A stretch of 64,000 bases of DNA, taken from contig CAWGFP010000011.1 in NCBI GenBank assembly GCA_963821905.1, forward strand, positions 378,922-442,921, written 5' to 3'. Origin of the DNA: Thermoanaerobaculia bacterium (GTDB lineage Bacteria > Acidobacteriota > Thermoanaerobaculia > Multivoradales > JAGPDF01). This document shows, piece by piece, positions 42,143 through 52,768 of this stretch. The translations under genes were made by a program, and so were the position numbers. The notes below the pieces were generated by a model. It saw nothing but the letters and a program-made list of their open reading frames with translations, searched no databases and was not told the DNA's origin. Every line of letters begins with the position of its first letter. Position 1 is the first letter of the stretch.

Positions 42143-43049
42143 AAACTTGAATCGCGGTTTCCTGGGCTTGGAGGGCGGCGAGGGCGGTGGCGGAGTCGGT
42201 CCAGGCGAAGCGCGCGATCTGGCGTGGGCGGAGTTGGGCGAGGGAAGGGAGGTCGGCGGCAATGACGTGGGCGATCTGCGGGTAGCCGCCGGTGGCCGGG
42301 TGATCGACGCCGAGGACGATGGGTGTGCCGCCCGGCGGCACTTGCACCGCGCCGGCGGCGACGCCCTCGCTCACCAGCTCGACGGGGACCGCGAGCTCGA
42401 GGGTCGACCCCTCGAGTCGGACTCCCATCCGATCGGAGTCGCCGCGCACCGCGAACGGTTCCTCCACGATCCGGTTGCAGGAACGATCGGTGAAGAGCTC
42501 GCGATGCACACCCGGCAGGATGCGCAGAGTCGAGCGGCGCTCGACCAGGATCGCAGGAGGAGGGGCCGACGGCGGGGCACCAATGTGGGTGCCGGTCTCC
42601 AATCGGTTTCCGGAGCGCAGGGCGCGGCCTTCGAGGCCACCGAAGCCGGCGCGCAGGTGCGTAGAAGCGCTGCCCAGCACCCGGGGCACCGCGATGCCGC
42701 CCGCGCAGGCGACGAAGCTGCGCACGCCGGCGGGCCCTCCACCGAATGCGAGCTCGGAACCTGCGGCGACCTCGATCGCGCGGTGCATCGCAACGGCATG
42801 TCCGTTGATTTTCGGCGCCAGATCCGCGCCCGAGATGGCCACCCGCGCCAGCTGCTCGAAACGCAGCCGCGGACCCATGAGCGTGATCTCGAGCCCGGCG
42901 GCGCCCGGCGCGTTGCCGACCAACAAGTTCGCCACCCGCAGCGCCAACGAATCGGCGGCGCCGCCCGGCGCGACGCCGAGCTCGCCGAAGCCGAAGCGAC
43001 CGAGATCCTGCACGGTGGTGAGCAGGCCGGGAGCCAGGACCTCGATCAT
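42123..43049 (-). CDS. pxpC: 5-oxoprolinase subunit C (KipA / allophanate hydrolase subunit 2 family)
   Basis: ORF 42123..43055. I prefer ATG 43049 ([21 protein letters not shown]...) because it overlaps the pxpB stop as ATGA. ...[22 protein letters not shown]. Confidence 0.9.
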   Translation of the reverse strand: MIEVLAPGLLTTVQDLGRFGFGELGVAPGGAADSLALRVANLLVGNAPGAAGLEITLMGPRLRFEQLARVAISGADLAPKINGHAVAMHRAIEVAAGSELAFGGGPAGVRSFVACAGGIAVPRVLGSASTHLRAGFGGLEGRALRSGNRLETGTHIGAPPSAPPPAILVERRSTLRILPGVHRELFTDRSCNRIVEEPFAVRGDSDRMGVRLEGSTLELAVPVELVSEGVAAGAVQVPPGGTPIVLGVDHPATGGYPQIAHVIAADLPSLAQLRPRQIARFAWTDSATALAALQAQETAIQVWGQVLK

Positions 43050-43783
43050 CGCCACTCGCTCAACCGTTCGAACTCCGCAGCCGAGATCGCAACGAAACGC
43101 AACCGGTCACCGGGGGCGAAGAGGGTCCAGGGCTCGAGCCCGAAACGCGCCGGGCGCAGCGGCGTACGACCGATGAGGCGCCAGCCGCCGGGCGTTGGCG
43201 CGGGATAGATCGCGGTCTGCGCACCGCCGATCGCCACGCTTCCGGCCTCCACGTGTCGGCGTGGCTCGGCGAGCCGCGGGGTCGCGAGAGCCTCCGGCAG
43301 TCCGCTCAAGTAGGCGAACCCGGGCACGAAGCCGAAGAAGTCGACGTCGTAGAGAGCTCTCGAGTGCGCCGCGATGACCGCCTCCGGCGACAGACGGCAA
43401 TGCTCGGCGACCGCAGCGAGATCCGGCCCGTCCTCACCGCCGTAGGCGACCGGGACCTCGATCTCGCGTGACGGCCGCGATGACTGGTTAGCGGAGGTCT
43501 CGGTCAGGCGCTCTCGAATGCCGTCCTCGAGCCGTTGCGCATCGGTGCGCAACGGATCGAACTGCAGGAGGAGGGCCGCATAGGAAGGTTGCCAGTGGAC
43601 GAGGCCGGCGAGCGGCTGGTTCGCCAGGGCCGCCATCAGGTTCCGCACCCGAGCCAGCGCCGCCGGGCTCGTCCGCTCGGCGAAGCGCACCAGCAGCGCC
43701 CGATCGCCGGCGGCGAGGAAGTGCGGGGACGCCGCAGCCTGCACCACGGCGACCGACTCAGGCCTCGCGCCGCATGGTGACAC
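43046..43783 (-). CDS. pxpB: 5-oxoprolinase subunit B (KipI / allophanate hydrolase subunit 1 family)
   Basis: ORF 43046..43783. The true start is possibly GTG 43753, just after the upstream MFS stop at 43758. ...[13 protein letters not shown]...[13 protein letters not shown]...[18 protein letters not shown]...[19 protein letters not shown]. Confidence 0.85.
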   Translation of the reverse strand: MSPCGARPESVAVVQAAASPHFLAAGDRALLVRFAERTSPAALARVRNLMAALANQPLAGLVHWQPSYAALLLQFDPLRTDAQRLEDGIRERLTETSANQSSRPSREIEVPVAYGGEDGPDLAAVAEHCRLSPEAVIAAHSRALYDVDFFGFVPGFAYLSGLPEALATPRLAEPRRHVEAGSVAIGGAQTAIYPAPTPGGWRLIGRTPLRPARFGLEPWTLFAPGDRLRFVAISAAEFERLSEWR

Positions 43784-45047
43784 CGACCACGGGCTCGGTC
43801 GGCTCGGCGGGAGCGGCGGTTGCGCGCGACAGCGGAATGAGCCACAGCGCGTTGAGCGCCATCAGCGCGCTGCCGGCGAAGAACGGCGAGCGCATCCCGG
43901 CGTGCTCGAAGAGCGCCCCCGCTCCGACCGGTCCCACCATCCGCGCCACGCCGCCGAACGCCTGCTGCAGCCCGAGGGTCTGGCCGACTTCCTTCTTGGG
44001 AGCGTAGCGCGAGACCAGCGAGCTGGTGGCGGGAAAGAGGAGCGCCGTGCCGACTGGAATGAGGATCATGGCCGCGGCGAAGCCCCACACGCTCGTGGCG
44101 AGGGGCATCAACGCCAGACCCACCGCCAATGCGAAGAGGCCCAGCCGCATGACGCCGAACTCCTTGAAGCGCCGAACCGCCGGTCCCAGAACCACGGTGC
44201 GCATGCCGAAGTTCGCCAAGCCGATGTAGGTGTAGAACCAGCCGATGTTGGTGACGTTGATGCCGAACCGATGACCGAGATACAGCGCCAGCACGCTGTT
44301 GAGCGCCAGGAAAGCGACCATGCCGAAAGCGTAGAGCCAGATGAGCACACTCACCGGCGAGCCGGGATGGCGGAAGACGTTGACCACCGCGTGACGCAAC
44401 GATTTCCGCGGCGGCCGTGGTGCCGCGTGGGCGCCGCTCGCGCCAGGATCGTGGAGAGTGGCCGATTCGGGCAGCCAGAACCACGCCGCGATGGCGTTGA
44501 GCAGGCACAGCCCGGCGGCGAAGAACCCCGGTGCCTGCGGTCCGAGGTGGGCGGTGAGGGAGGCCAGCGCCGGACCGAGCGTGACGCCGGCGTTGGTCGC
44601 CGCCGACAGCCAGCCGAGCGCCTTGGCGCGATCCTCGGGGCGCACGCTGTCGGAGACGTAGGCTTGCGCAACACCCGTCGTGCCGCCGCCGGCGCCCTGG
44701 ACGACGCGCGACACGAAGAGCATCCACAGCGATTCCGCCAGACCGAACACGATGTAGGCGATGCCAGAAGCCGCCAGGGCCACGACCAGCACCGGGCGGC
44801 GGCCCTAGCGATCGGACAGCCTGCCCCACAACGGGGCGGTGATCAGCTGAGCGCCCGAGAACGACGCCACCAGCCAGCCGATCTGCGATGGCGTCGCGCC
44901 GAGGCGCTCGGCGTAGAACGGCAGCAGCGGCAAGACCATGAGGAAGCCCAACATGTCGACGAACACCGTCGCCATGAGGATCGACAGGCGTCCCAGCGCG
45001 GCGCGATCCGAATGATCGGGCGCGATCGGTGGGTTGGCTTCGCTCAA
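43758..45047 (-). CDS. MFS transporter (DHA1/Tet-like) interrupted by one in-frame TAG at 44805-44807
   Basis: ORFs 44805..45047 and 43758..44792 are in the same frame: ...[27 protein letters not shown].... The stop sits at the position normally Tyr/Phe in MFS motif A (D-R-[YF]-G-R-R). About 12 TM segments. Confidence 0.8.
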
Positions 45048-46682
45048 GCGGTCTCCCGTTCACCCCAGGCGAGAAACGCCGCCGCCGAGGCCGCCGTCAG
45101 GATCACGCCGTACGCCGAGGCGACGCCGAGCTCCTGCAGGCGCAGGTTGGAGAGGATCTCGACCGAGATCGGCCGCGTGTCGAAGGTGTAGAGGACGATC
45201 GACACCACGAAGTCGCCGAGCGCGGTGATGAAGGCGATCCCGCAGCCGGCGACGAGCGCCGGCTTGACCAGCGGCAGCACTACCCTGCGCAACCGCCGCC
45301 ACGGGCCAGCGCCGAGCGCCGCCGCTGCCTCCTCCACCTCGGGTCCGAGCTGATCGAGGCCGGCGACGGCGGCGCGGCCGACCAGAGGCAGGCTACGCAC
45401 CAGATAGGCGAGCGGCAAGATCAGCGAAGTGCCGACCAGGATGAAGCGGGCCTGCCACGGCGCCGAGACTGACATCGTGGACGCCAACGCCACCGCGAAG
45501 ACCGTGCCGGGGATCGCCCACGGCAGAGCCAGCAGACCGCGCAGGGCTCCGGCCAGCCAGCCGCCGGCGCGCCGCGCGGCGAGCGCGGCGCCGAGCCCGA
45601 GCACCAGGGCTCCCGCGGTCGCCGCGAGCGCCATCCAAAGAGAATTGAGAATCGGGCGCAGCCGCTCGGCCTCGCTCGCCAGCCGCACATAGTTGTCGAA
45701 AGAGAGCACCGGCGGCAGCGCCTCGATGGTCCAAGTGCCCACCGGCACCAGCGACACCAGGAGGAGCGAGAGATGCGGCAGCAGGAGAGCGATCGCCAAC
45801 GCCCAGGCGCACAGCGCCGACAAGATCCGACGGCCGGAAGCGGTGCTCGCGCGGCGCAGCGCGACACCGCGCCCGGTGGCGCGCGACGGCGCCGCGGGCT
45901 CGATCGTCCGCGCCAACCCGAGGACCACCAGCGCGACCAACAGCAGGGCCACGGTCTCGGCGGCCGCCGCTGCGGTGTCGCCGTTGAGCTTCGCCGCCAG
46001 GATCTGCGTGGTCATGACGCGGAACGTGCCACCGAAGAGATAGGGCGCGGAGAACGAGCCCAGCGCGGTCATGAACGTCAGCAGTCCCGCCGCGAGAAGC
46101 GCCGAGCGCAGCTGCGGCAGGACCACCCGCCAAACGGTGCGAACCTTGCTCGCGCCCAACGCCGAGGCGGCCTCCTCGAGCGACGGGTCGAGCCGGCCGA
46201 GCGCCGCGCGCACCAGAAGAAAGAAGTAGACGTACATCGAGTAGCCATGGACGAAGAGGATCGCCGCCCAGCCCTGAAGCCGCCACGGAGCGCTTTCGAG
46301 CCCGAGCACACTCTGCACGGCACGGGTCAGGAATCCGCTCTCGCCGTAGAGGAAGAGAAACGCCAGCACGCCGACCAGCGGCGGCAGCGCGACCGGCAAC
46401 GCCAGCAATCGGGCGAGCAGGCGGCGGCCGGGGAACTCGGCGCGGGCGAAGAAAAACGCCAGCGGCACACCGAGGGCCCCTGCTACGGCAACCGAGGCGA
46501 GCGAAATCCACACGCTGCGCCACAGCGCCCGCCACTCATCGCCGCGCCGCGCCCACTCGCCCAGCGCGCCGAGAAGTCCCGGGCCGGCGAGACCCTCGCG
46601 TACCGCATGCAGCAAGCGGATAGCCGACCAGCCAGAGCAGCAGGAGCCCGACCACGATCGCCGGCAGGCGCGCGCCACGCAT
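45044..46682 (-). CDS. ABC importer permease, two-domain FbpB/ThiP type; one frame disruption near 46.62 kb
   Basis: Own reading from ATG 46682 gives MRGARLPAIVVGLLLLWLVGYP. It then joins ORF 45044..46678 (LLHAVREGLAG...). Two EAA loops: EEAASALGASKVRTVWRVVLPQL and EEAAAALGAGPWRRLRRVVLPLV. Confidence 0.85.
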
Positions 46683-46688
46683 CACGCT

Positions 46689-47756
46689 TCACCCGGCACG
46701 CGGAAACGCGATCGGCAGATCGGCTCCCGATCGCAGCCCGATGCGCACCGCGGCACCCGACTCGAGGCCGGGCTCACCGGCCACTTCGACACGAGTCTGC
46801 GAATCGTCGAGACGCACGGTGTAGATCGAGGACGCACCGAGGAAACGGCGCTCCTCGACGATCCCGCTGAGATCGCCGGTGTCCTTCAAACGCAACGCCT
46901 CGGGACGCACGCAGATCTCGACCCGCGCGCCGTTTGCCGCGCCCTCGCCGGCCCGCACGGGCCAGGAGGCCGGCGCCGCAGCGAGTCGCACGGTCGCAAG
47001 CGAGCCATCGACCTCTTCGATGACGCCCTCGAGCCACGAGGAGCGTCCGATGAAGCGCGCCACCGCGGGCGAAGCCGGCCGGCGATAGAGATCCTCCGGC
47101 GTGCCGACCTGCTCGAGCCGCCCGGCCTCGAGCAGAGCGACGCGGTCGCCGAGATCGAAGGCCTCTTCCTGATCGTGGGTGACGAAAATGGTGGTGATGC
47201 CGATGGCGTGGATCTGGCCGCGCAGCTCGCGCCGCGTGTGCTCGCGCAGCTCGGGGTCGAGATTCGAGAACGGCTCGTCGAGCAGCAGCACGCGCGGCTC
47301 CGGGGCGAGCGCGCGGGCGATCGCCACCCGCTGCTGCATGCCACCCGAAAGATCGCCCACCCGGCCGTCGAAGCGGCCGCCGAGCCGCACCTTCTCGAGC
47401 GCCGCGTCGGCGCGCCGGCGCACCTCGTCGCGCGACAGGTTGCCGTTCTCGAGCCCGAAGGAGACGTTCTCGCCGATCGTCAGGTGCGGAAAGAGCGCGT
47501 AGCTCTGGAACACCATGCCGACGCCGCGCCGCGCCGCCGGCAATCCGGTAACCTCCTGGCCGGCGATGCGCACGCTGCCGCGGTCCGGACGATCGAGTCC
47601 GGCGAGCAGCCGGAGCGCCGTGGTCTTGCCGCTGCCCGAGCGGCCGAGCAGTGCAACGATTTCGCCCGCCGCCACCTCGAGCGACAGGTCCGCGAGCACC
47701 ACTTGGCTGGCGAAGGCCTTCGACAGCCCGCGGAGCTCGAGGAAGGCGGCGCTCAC
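46689..47756 (-). CDS. ABC transporter ATP-binding protein (FbpC/PotA-like)
   Basis: GTG 47756 overlaps the upstream stop (GTGA). Walker A GRSGSGKTT, signature LSGGMQQR, Walker B LLLDEP and a C-terminal TOBE-like domain. It is the C-terminal part of ORF 46689..48557. Confidence 0.9.
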   Translation of the reverse strand: MSAAFLELRGLSKAFASQVVLADLSLEVAAGEIVALLGRSGSGKTTALRLLAGLDRPDRGSVRIAGQEVTGLPAARRGVGMVFQSYALFPHLTIGENVSFGLENGNLSRDEVRRRADAALEKVRLGGRFDGRVGDLSGGMQQRVAIARALAPEPRVLLLDEPFSNLDPELREHTRRELRGQIHAIGITTIFVTHDQEEAFDLGDRVALLEAGRLEQVGTPEDLYRRPASPAVARFIGRSSWLEGVIEEVDGSLATVRLAAAPASWPVRAGEGAANGARVEICVRPEALRLKDTGDLSGIVEERRFLGASSIYTVRLDDSQTRVEVAGEPGLESGAAVRIGLRSGADLPIAFPRAG

Positions 47757-48793
47757 TGGGCGCCGCGGCCGCGCACCGCGCGGTCCCACTCGCTCATCCA
47801 ACGCGGCGTCTCGCGGGCGGCGAGCGCGCGGTCGTACTCGGCCGGGACGAGCGAGGCGAGCACCGGGCGCGCCCACTCGGGCAGATCCGCCGGCGCGAAA
47901 TCGGTGCGCGCCGGCAGCTTGTAGGCCTGACGCGCCGCCAGTTCCTGCGCCTCGCGTCCGCCCACCCACTCGATGTAGGCCCGCGCCGCGTCGGCGTGAC
48001 GGGCGCCGGCCACCAGCCCGATGGCGTCGTTGATCACCGGCGTGCCGGAGCTCGCCAGGCGGAAACCGAACGGTGCTCCCTGCTGGCGCGCCAGCAGCAC
48101 GTCCGAGAGCTCCCAGATCGACACCAGCCCCTCCTGGCGCTTCAGCTTCTCGAACAGCAGCGCCGAGTTGGCGGTGTATTCCTTGGTCTGGGCATCGAGC
48201 CGGCGCAGCCATTCCCAGCCGCGCGCCTCGTCGCCGGTCTCCGCGGCCGAGCGCGACAGCACCATGCCCCACACCGTGCGCAGCGTGCCGGAGGCGAGCG
48301 GATCGCGGATCAGCACCTTGCCGGTGAAGCGCGGCTCGAGAAGCGCATCCCAATCGGCCGGCGCCGCGTCTTCCGCCAGCGCCGCGCTGTTGTAGAGCAA
48401 CACCGGCAGCGTGCGATAGACGCCGAAGTAGAGATCGTTCGGCCCGCGGCTCTCGGCCGGCACGGTGTCCGTCCACGCGGGGCGGAACGCGACGAGCAGC
48501 CCTTCGTCTGCGCCGCGCGCGAAAATCGAATCCGGTCCTCCGAACCAGACGTCGCATTGCGGATTGGCCTTCTCCGAGCGCACCCGGTCGTAGACCTCCT
48601 GCGATCCCATGTCGAGCCAGCGCACGTCGATCTCGGGATGCGCCGCTTCGTAGGCCCGCTCGAGGGCGGTCAGGAGGTCGCGCCCGTGCGGCGAGTACAC
48701 GACCACCGGCGTGCGCGCACCCTCACCACCGCCGCAGGCGGCGGCGAGCAGGGCTCCCGCGAGTGCCCCCCGGCGCGCACCACGGGAGATCAA
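47753..48793 (-). CDS. ABC substrate-binding lipoprotein (family 1, ferric-iron/polyamine-like)
   Basis: It is the C-terminal 346 codons of ORF 47753..49867. A TTG at 48793 overlaps the dipeptidase stop (TTGA). Lipobox LAGALLAAAC. VVVYSPHGRDLLTALERAYEAAHPEIDVRWLDMGSQEVYDRV. Confidence 0.8.
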   Translation of the reverse strand: MISRGARRGALAGALLAAACGGGEGARTPVVVYSPHGRDLLTALERAYEAAHPEIDVRWLDMGSQEVYDRVRSEKANPQCDVWFGGPDSIFARGADEGLLVAFRPAWTDTVPAESRGPNDLYFGVYRTLPVLLYNSAALAEDAAPADWDALLEPRFTGKVLIRDPLASGTLRTVWGMVLSRSAAETGDEARGWEWLRRLDAQTKEYTANSALLFEKLKRQEGLVSIWELSDVLLARQQGAPFGFRLASSGTPVINDAIGLVAGARHADAARAYIEWVGGREAQELAARQAYKLPARTDFAPADLPEWARPVLASLVPAEYDRALAARETPRWMSEWDRAVRGRGAQ

Positions 48794-50010
48794 CGGCCGG
48801 CCGCCTTCGCCGCGTGCGCCTCGACGGCGCGCCAGACGCGCAGCACGTTGCCGGAGAGGATCTTGCTGACGTCCTCCTCCGAATAGCCTTTCTCGAGCAG
48901 GCGCGCCGTCAGGTTGGGATACATCGACACGTCCTTCAATCCCACCGGAAGGGAATCGCCCACGCCGTCGAAGTCCGATCCCAGGCCGACATGATCGATG
49001 CCCACCAGCTTCACCACGTGGTCGATGTGGCGCACCACGTCCTCCAATACCGCGAACGGCACCGGATGCGTCTTGATGTAGTCGGCGATGAAGGCCCGGG
49101 TCTCCTTGCCCTTGGCCTCCGGGTCGGGCGGCTGTGAACGCCTTCTGCGCAGCGCGCGCGGCGACCATATAGGCGTTGCCCTCGGCGGTCAGAAAGCCCG
49201 AGCCGAAGTTGATCGAGAGCACGCCGTCCTTGGCCGCCAGCTTCTGGATCCGCGCGTCGTCGAGGTTGCGTTCGAAGCCGGGGGTGAAATGCCGCGCGCA
49301 CGAGTGCGAGGCGATCGGCGGGGCCTGGGTGAGCTCGATCGCCTGATCGAAAGCCTCGTCGGAGACGTGCGAGAGATCCACCATGATGCCCACCCGGTTC
49401 ATCTCCGCGATCACCTGCTTGCCGAACGGCGAGACACCGTGCCAGGTGCGCTTGTCGGCCGGGGCGAACGACGAATCGCAGATCTGATTGTCGGCCGAGT
49501 GGGTGAGCGTGATGTAGCGCACCCCGCGGTCGTAGAAGTGCTTCACGTTGGCGAGGTCGTTCTCGATCGGCGCGCCGTTTTCCATGCCCATCGCCAGCCC
49601 GATCTTGCCCGCCGCTTTCGCCGCCGCCGCGTCGGCAGTGGAGCTGACCACCGCGAACACCGACGGGTTCTTGGCCTCGAGCACTTCCACCAGATCGATC
49701 ACCGTGTCGGCAAAGAGCTTGGCTCCGCCCTTCTGATAGTCCGAGGGGATGTAAATCGACATGAACGGCCAAGCCAGGCCGCCGGCGCGTGCCCGCTCGG
49801 CGTCGAAGTCGCCGCGCAAGGTGCGAAGGGCGACGTTCTCGGGATCCTCGAACAAGCGGTAGGGCACGTCGATGTGGGTGTCGGCGACGCCGACGCGCTG
49901 GGTGAGATGGCGCGCCCGCTCGAGGGCCGCGGTATCCGGTGCCGCCAGGGAGGTTGCGGGCGCGGCGATGGCGAGCGTGACGACGGCGACGAGTAGCGAC
50001 TTGTCGGCTC
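48790..50010 (-). CDS. Membrane (renal-type) dipeptidase, peptidase family M19; two frame disruptions
   Basis: ATG 50010, then a shift within the first ~10 codons to the signal peptide ...LLVAVVTLAIAAPATSLAAPD...THIDVPYRL. Then the N-terminal part of ORF 47753..49867 (...ITLTHSADNQ...VDLSHVSD...). Then ORF 48790..49062 (VRHIDHVVKLVGIDHVGLGSDFDG). Confidence 0.85.
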
Positions 50011-50040
50011 ATGCGGAAGGTCTCCAAGGGAGCCCGCGCC

Positions 50041-52707
50041 TCAGGGACGCGCGCCGGCCGGCGAAGGTTGAGCAGCCGCAGGGCCCAGGCCCAGCAGATT
50101 GGCGAACAGGCGGTACGCACCCGGCACACCGGCCGGGAGCTGACGGAAAAACGCCAGACCGGTATAGATGTAGACCCCCTTGCCCAGGCGCGCCACCAGC
50201 AGGCCGCCCTGCTGCGGTGGCTGGCCAGGATCCGCGAACTCGATCAACGGCTGGTAGCCGGCGTCCCAGGTGTGGGCGAAATAGAGGCCACGCTCCTGCA
50301 CCCAACCGTCCCAGTCGGCGGCAGCGACCGCGTTCGGCGAGCTGAAGGCAGGATGACCGGCGACCAGCGGCCGGGGCGGCGCGTTCTCGTCGGTGATGCG
50401 GTCGTGGGGGCGCGAGATGTCGAAGGGCAGCGGCGCGTAGTGGCCCTCGACGAAGGCGTACTGCTGGTACTGCACCAGCAGGAGACCGCCGCGCCGCGCG
50501 TACTCGAGCAGCCTGCCATTGGCATCGCGCAACGCCGGCTCGGTCTCGTAGGCCCGGCTACCCACGACGATCGCGTCGTACTGCGAGAGATCGGCTTCGG
50601 CGAGCTGCCGCGCCCCGAGGATCACCACCGGAACGCCGACTTCGAGCAACATTTCCGGTACGCGGTCAGCGGCGCCTCGCACGTAACCTACGCGTCGCAA
50701 CGGCGGCAGGCGCAAGTCGAGGGCCACGACGCTCGCCATCGCGGCAACCGGCCGTGGCGTCGGCCGCACGTGCGAGTAGTCGATCAACGGCAGTGCGGCC
50801 GGGAAACGCTCGCCAGTCGAGATCGTCGCCGTGGCTTCGAGGCGCGACGCGCCCGGCGGCAACGCCTTGGGCGGGACAACCGTCACCGCCAGCGAGGAAC
50901 GCTCGCCGGGCGCGAGCTCGAAGGGCAGCGGCGCCGGCGCCGGCCAACCCCGAGGCACGGTGAGCTCGACCTTGCCACGCAAGGCGGCCGCGGCGTGCGA
51001 CTGCAGGGTGACTTCGACCGCACGCGACTGCGCGCCGGCGACCGTCCAGAGCAGGAGCTCGGGCTCGAGGGAAACTTCGAGCACCGGCACCGCGCGCAGC
51101 GGCTTGCGAACTTCACCGATCGCCTGATCTGCGGAACGTGCCACCACTTCCCGCATTGCGGACAGGGTGAGACTTCCCGAGCGCAGATCGACCCGCAGCT
51201 GAAGCGGCGGCGCCTGCATTGGCTCGCCTCGCGCCGCAGCCGGCGCGGACGACCAGTCGTAAAGGGTTCCCTTCGCCCCCGCCATCGGCCGGGCCAGGAA
51301 ATAGGGCATGGTGGGCGCGGCTCCTGCCGGCGCTGCGGCCTCGAGGGTGAGTTTCACCAAGCCACCGGGCACGATCTCCTGCGCGGTCGCCGGCGGCGAG
51401 ACAAACCGCCAGCCTTCCTCGGAGATGGCTTCCACTCCCTGCAGCGCCACCGGCTCCGGACCAGCGTTCCACACCGCCACGTTCACCTTGAAGGGTTGGC
51501 CGGGAACCACCTCGGGACGCTCACTCCAAGCATCGATCGCCACCCCGAGGGCCGACACGGTCGCGCGTTCGGCGGCGGCGATCTTCTCGTCGAGCATCTC
51601 GGCCGCCTCGCGCGAGCCGGAGATCTCGTTCCAGGTGGCGACTCGCGCCCGCGCGCCGCGCAGTGAGGCGAGGGCCTGGCGCAATGGCGCTGCCGCCGCG
51701 CCGGGATCGTTCGGCGTCAACCGCGCGCGCGCCTGGGCGGCTTCCGCTTCCACACGCTCGAGCTCGGCCCAGAGCTCGGCGCGCTGCTTGCCCTCGGGCA
51801 GCAGGAGCGCGATGGCGCGCAGCCGTGTTTCGATGCCGGCAAACAGCACCGCCCCGGTCACACCAGCGCCGCCGCTCACCCAGCCCAGCCGGCTCTCCTG
51901 CGGGCCCAGCTCCTGCAGCCGTCCCTGATCCTGAGAGCGGTGCTGGCTGCGGCTCTCCATCGCCAGTTGATAGATCGACTTGCCGCTCAGCGGATCGAGA
52001 CCCCCGGTCGGCAGGACCAGCGTCGTCTTCTCTCGGTCGTTCCAAGTCCCGCGATAGAGCGCCTGCGGCCGCCAGGGCAAGAGTCCCTCGCGCGTGAGCT
52101 CGGGAAACGCCGCCGGATCGCCGGCCAACTGGAACGCCTCGTGCGCAACCACACCCGCCGCCTGATGCTGGCCGTGGCCGGTGCCGCCATCGGCGGCAAA
52201 AATCGAAACCATCACCTGCGGCCGGAAGCGGCGGACGACGCGCACCACGTCCTCGAGCAGCACCTCCTTCGGCCACAGCTGGAGCGTCTCTTCGAGCGAG
52301 CGGGTATAGCCGAAGTCGTAGGCGCGCGTGAAGAACTGCCGGCCGCCGTCGATCCGGCGCGCGGAAACCAGCTCCTGGGTGCGCAGCAATCCGAGCGGCA
52401 CGCCCAACTCACCGCCGATCAGGTTCTGCCCGCCCTCGCCGCGCGACAGCGCAAGGTAGGCCGCTTCGCCACCGTGGCCGCGGGACACGAGAGCGAGAAG
52501 CGAAGTGTCCTCGTCGTCGGGATGGGCGCCGATGACCAGCAGGCGCTCGTGGACGAGCAGCTTCGCAAGGTCAGCGTCGATGGCGGCGACACCGCCGACG
52601 GAGGCCGGCGCGAGCGGATCGACGGCGCCTCGAGCGCCAGCCGCAAGCCCCAGGAGGAGAGCAATCGCGCCGAACGGGCGGCGCGCGAATCGAATCGATC
52701 GCAACAT
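50041..52707 (-). CDS. Secreted PIG-L/LmbE-family deacetylase with a large C-terminal extension
   Basis: Intact ORF 50041..52734. I prefer ATG 52707 (MLRSIRFARRPFGAIALLLGLAAGARG). LLVIGAHPDDEDTS...GEGGQN...GHGQHQ motifs. The ~550-aa C-terminal region ends in a ThuA/GATase-like segment (VVGSRAYE...LLLVQYQQ). Confidence 0.85.
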   Translation of the reverse strand: MLRSIRFARRPFGAIALLLGLAAGARGAVDPLAPASVGGVAAIDADLAKLLVHERLLVIGAHPDDEDTSLLALVSRGHGGEAAYLALSRGEGGQNLIGGELGVPLGLLRTQELVSARRIDGGRQFFTRAYDFGYTRSLEETLQLWPKEVLLEDVVRVVRRFRPQVMVSIFAADGGTGHGQHQAAGVVAHEAFQLAGDPAAFPELTREGLLPWRPQALYRGTWNDREKTTLVLPTGGLDPLSGKSIYQLAMESRSQHRSQDQGRLQELGPQESRLGWVSGGAGVTGAVLFAGIETRLRAIALLLPEGKQRAELWAELERVEAEAAQARARLTPNDPGAAAAPLRQALASLRGARARVATWNEISGSREAAEMLDEKIAAAERATVSALGVAIDAWSERPEVVPGQPFKVNVAVWNAGPEPVALQGVEAISEEGWRFVSPPATAQEIVPGGLVKLTLEAAAPAGAAPTMPYFLARPMAGAKGTLYDWSSAPAAARGEPMQAPPLQLRVDLRSGSLTLSAMREVVARSADQAIGEVRKPLRAVPVLEVSLEPELLLWTVAGAQSRAVEVTLQSHAAAALRGKVELTVPRGWPAPAPLPFELAPGERSSLAVTVVPPKALPPGASRLEATATISTGERFPAALPLIDYSHVRPTPRPVAAMASVVALDLRLPPLRRVGYVRGAADRVPEMLLEVGVPVVILGARQLAEADLSQYDAIVVGSRAYETEPALRDANGRLLEYARRGGLLLVQYQQYAFVEGHYAPLPFDISRPHDRITDENAPPRPLVAGHPAFSSPNAVAAADWDGWVQERGLYFAHTWDAGYQPLIEFADPGQPPQQGGLLVARLGKGVYIYTGLAFFRQLPAGVPGAYRLFANLLGLGPAAAQPSPAGARP

Positions 52708-52768
52708 GGCCGGGCGATTGTATGACGCCGTCACGCGGCTCCCCTCCCTGTCCCGCTACAATCCCGGC

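Noticed and set aside
44805-44807. The in-frame TAG as pyrrolysine or stop-codon recoding.
   Set aside because: It is a single occurrence at a position that is Tyr/Phe in the family. No pyl genes are present in the window, and many genes in the window terminate normally with TAG.
47753-49867. 704-aa ORF that looks like a natural dipeptidase / substrate-binding-protein fusion. The same applies to ORF 56861..58810, which looks like a sucA-M28 fusion.
   Set aside because: These are read-through artefacts of frameshifts. The dipeptidase C-terminus continues in another frame (48790..49062) and ends with its own stop. The SBP has its own lipoprotein signal and TTGA-coupled start. The sucA and M28 reading frames likewise have proper ends once the frames are corrected.
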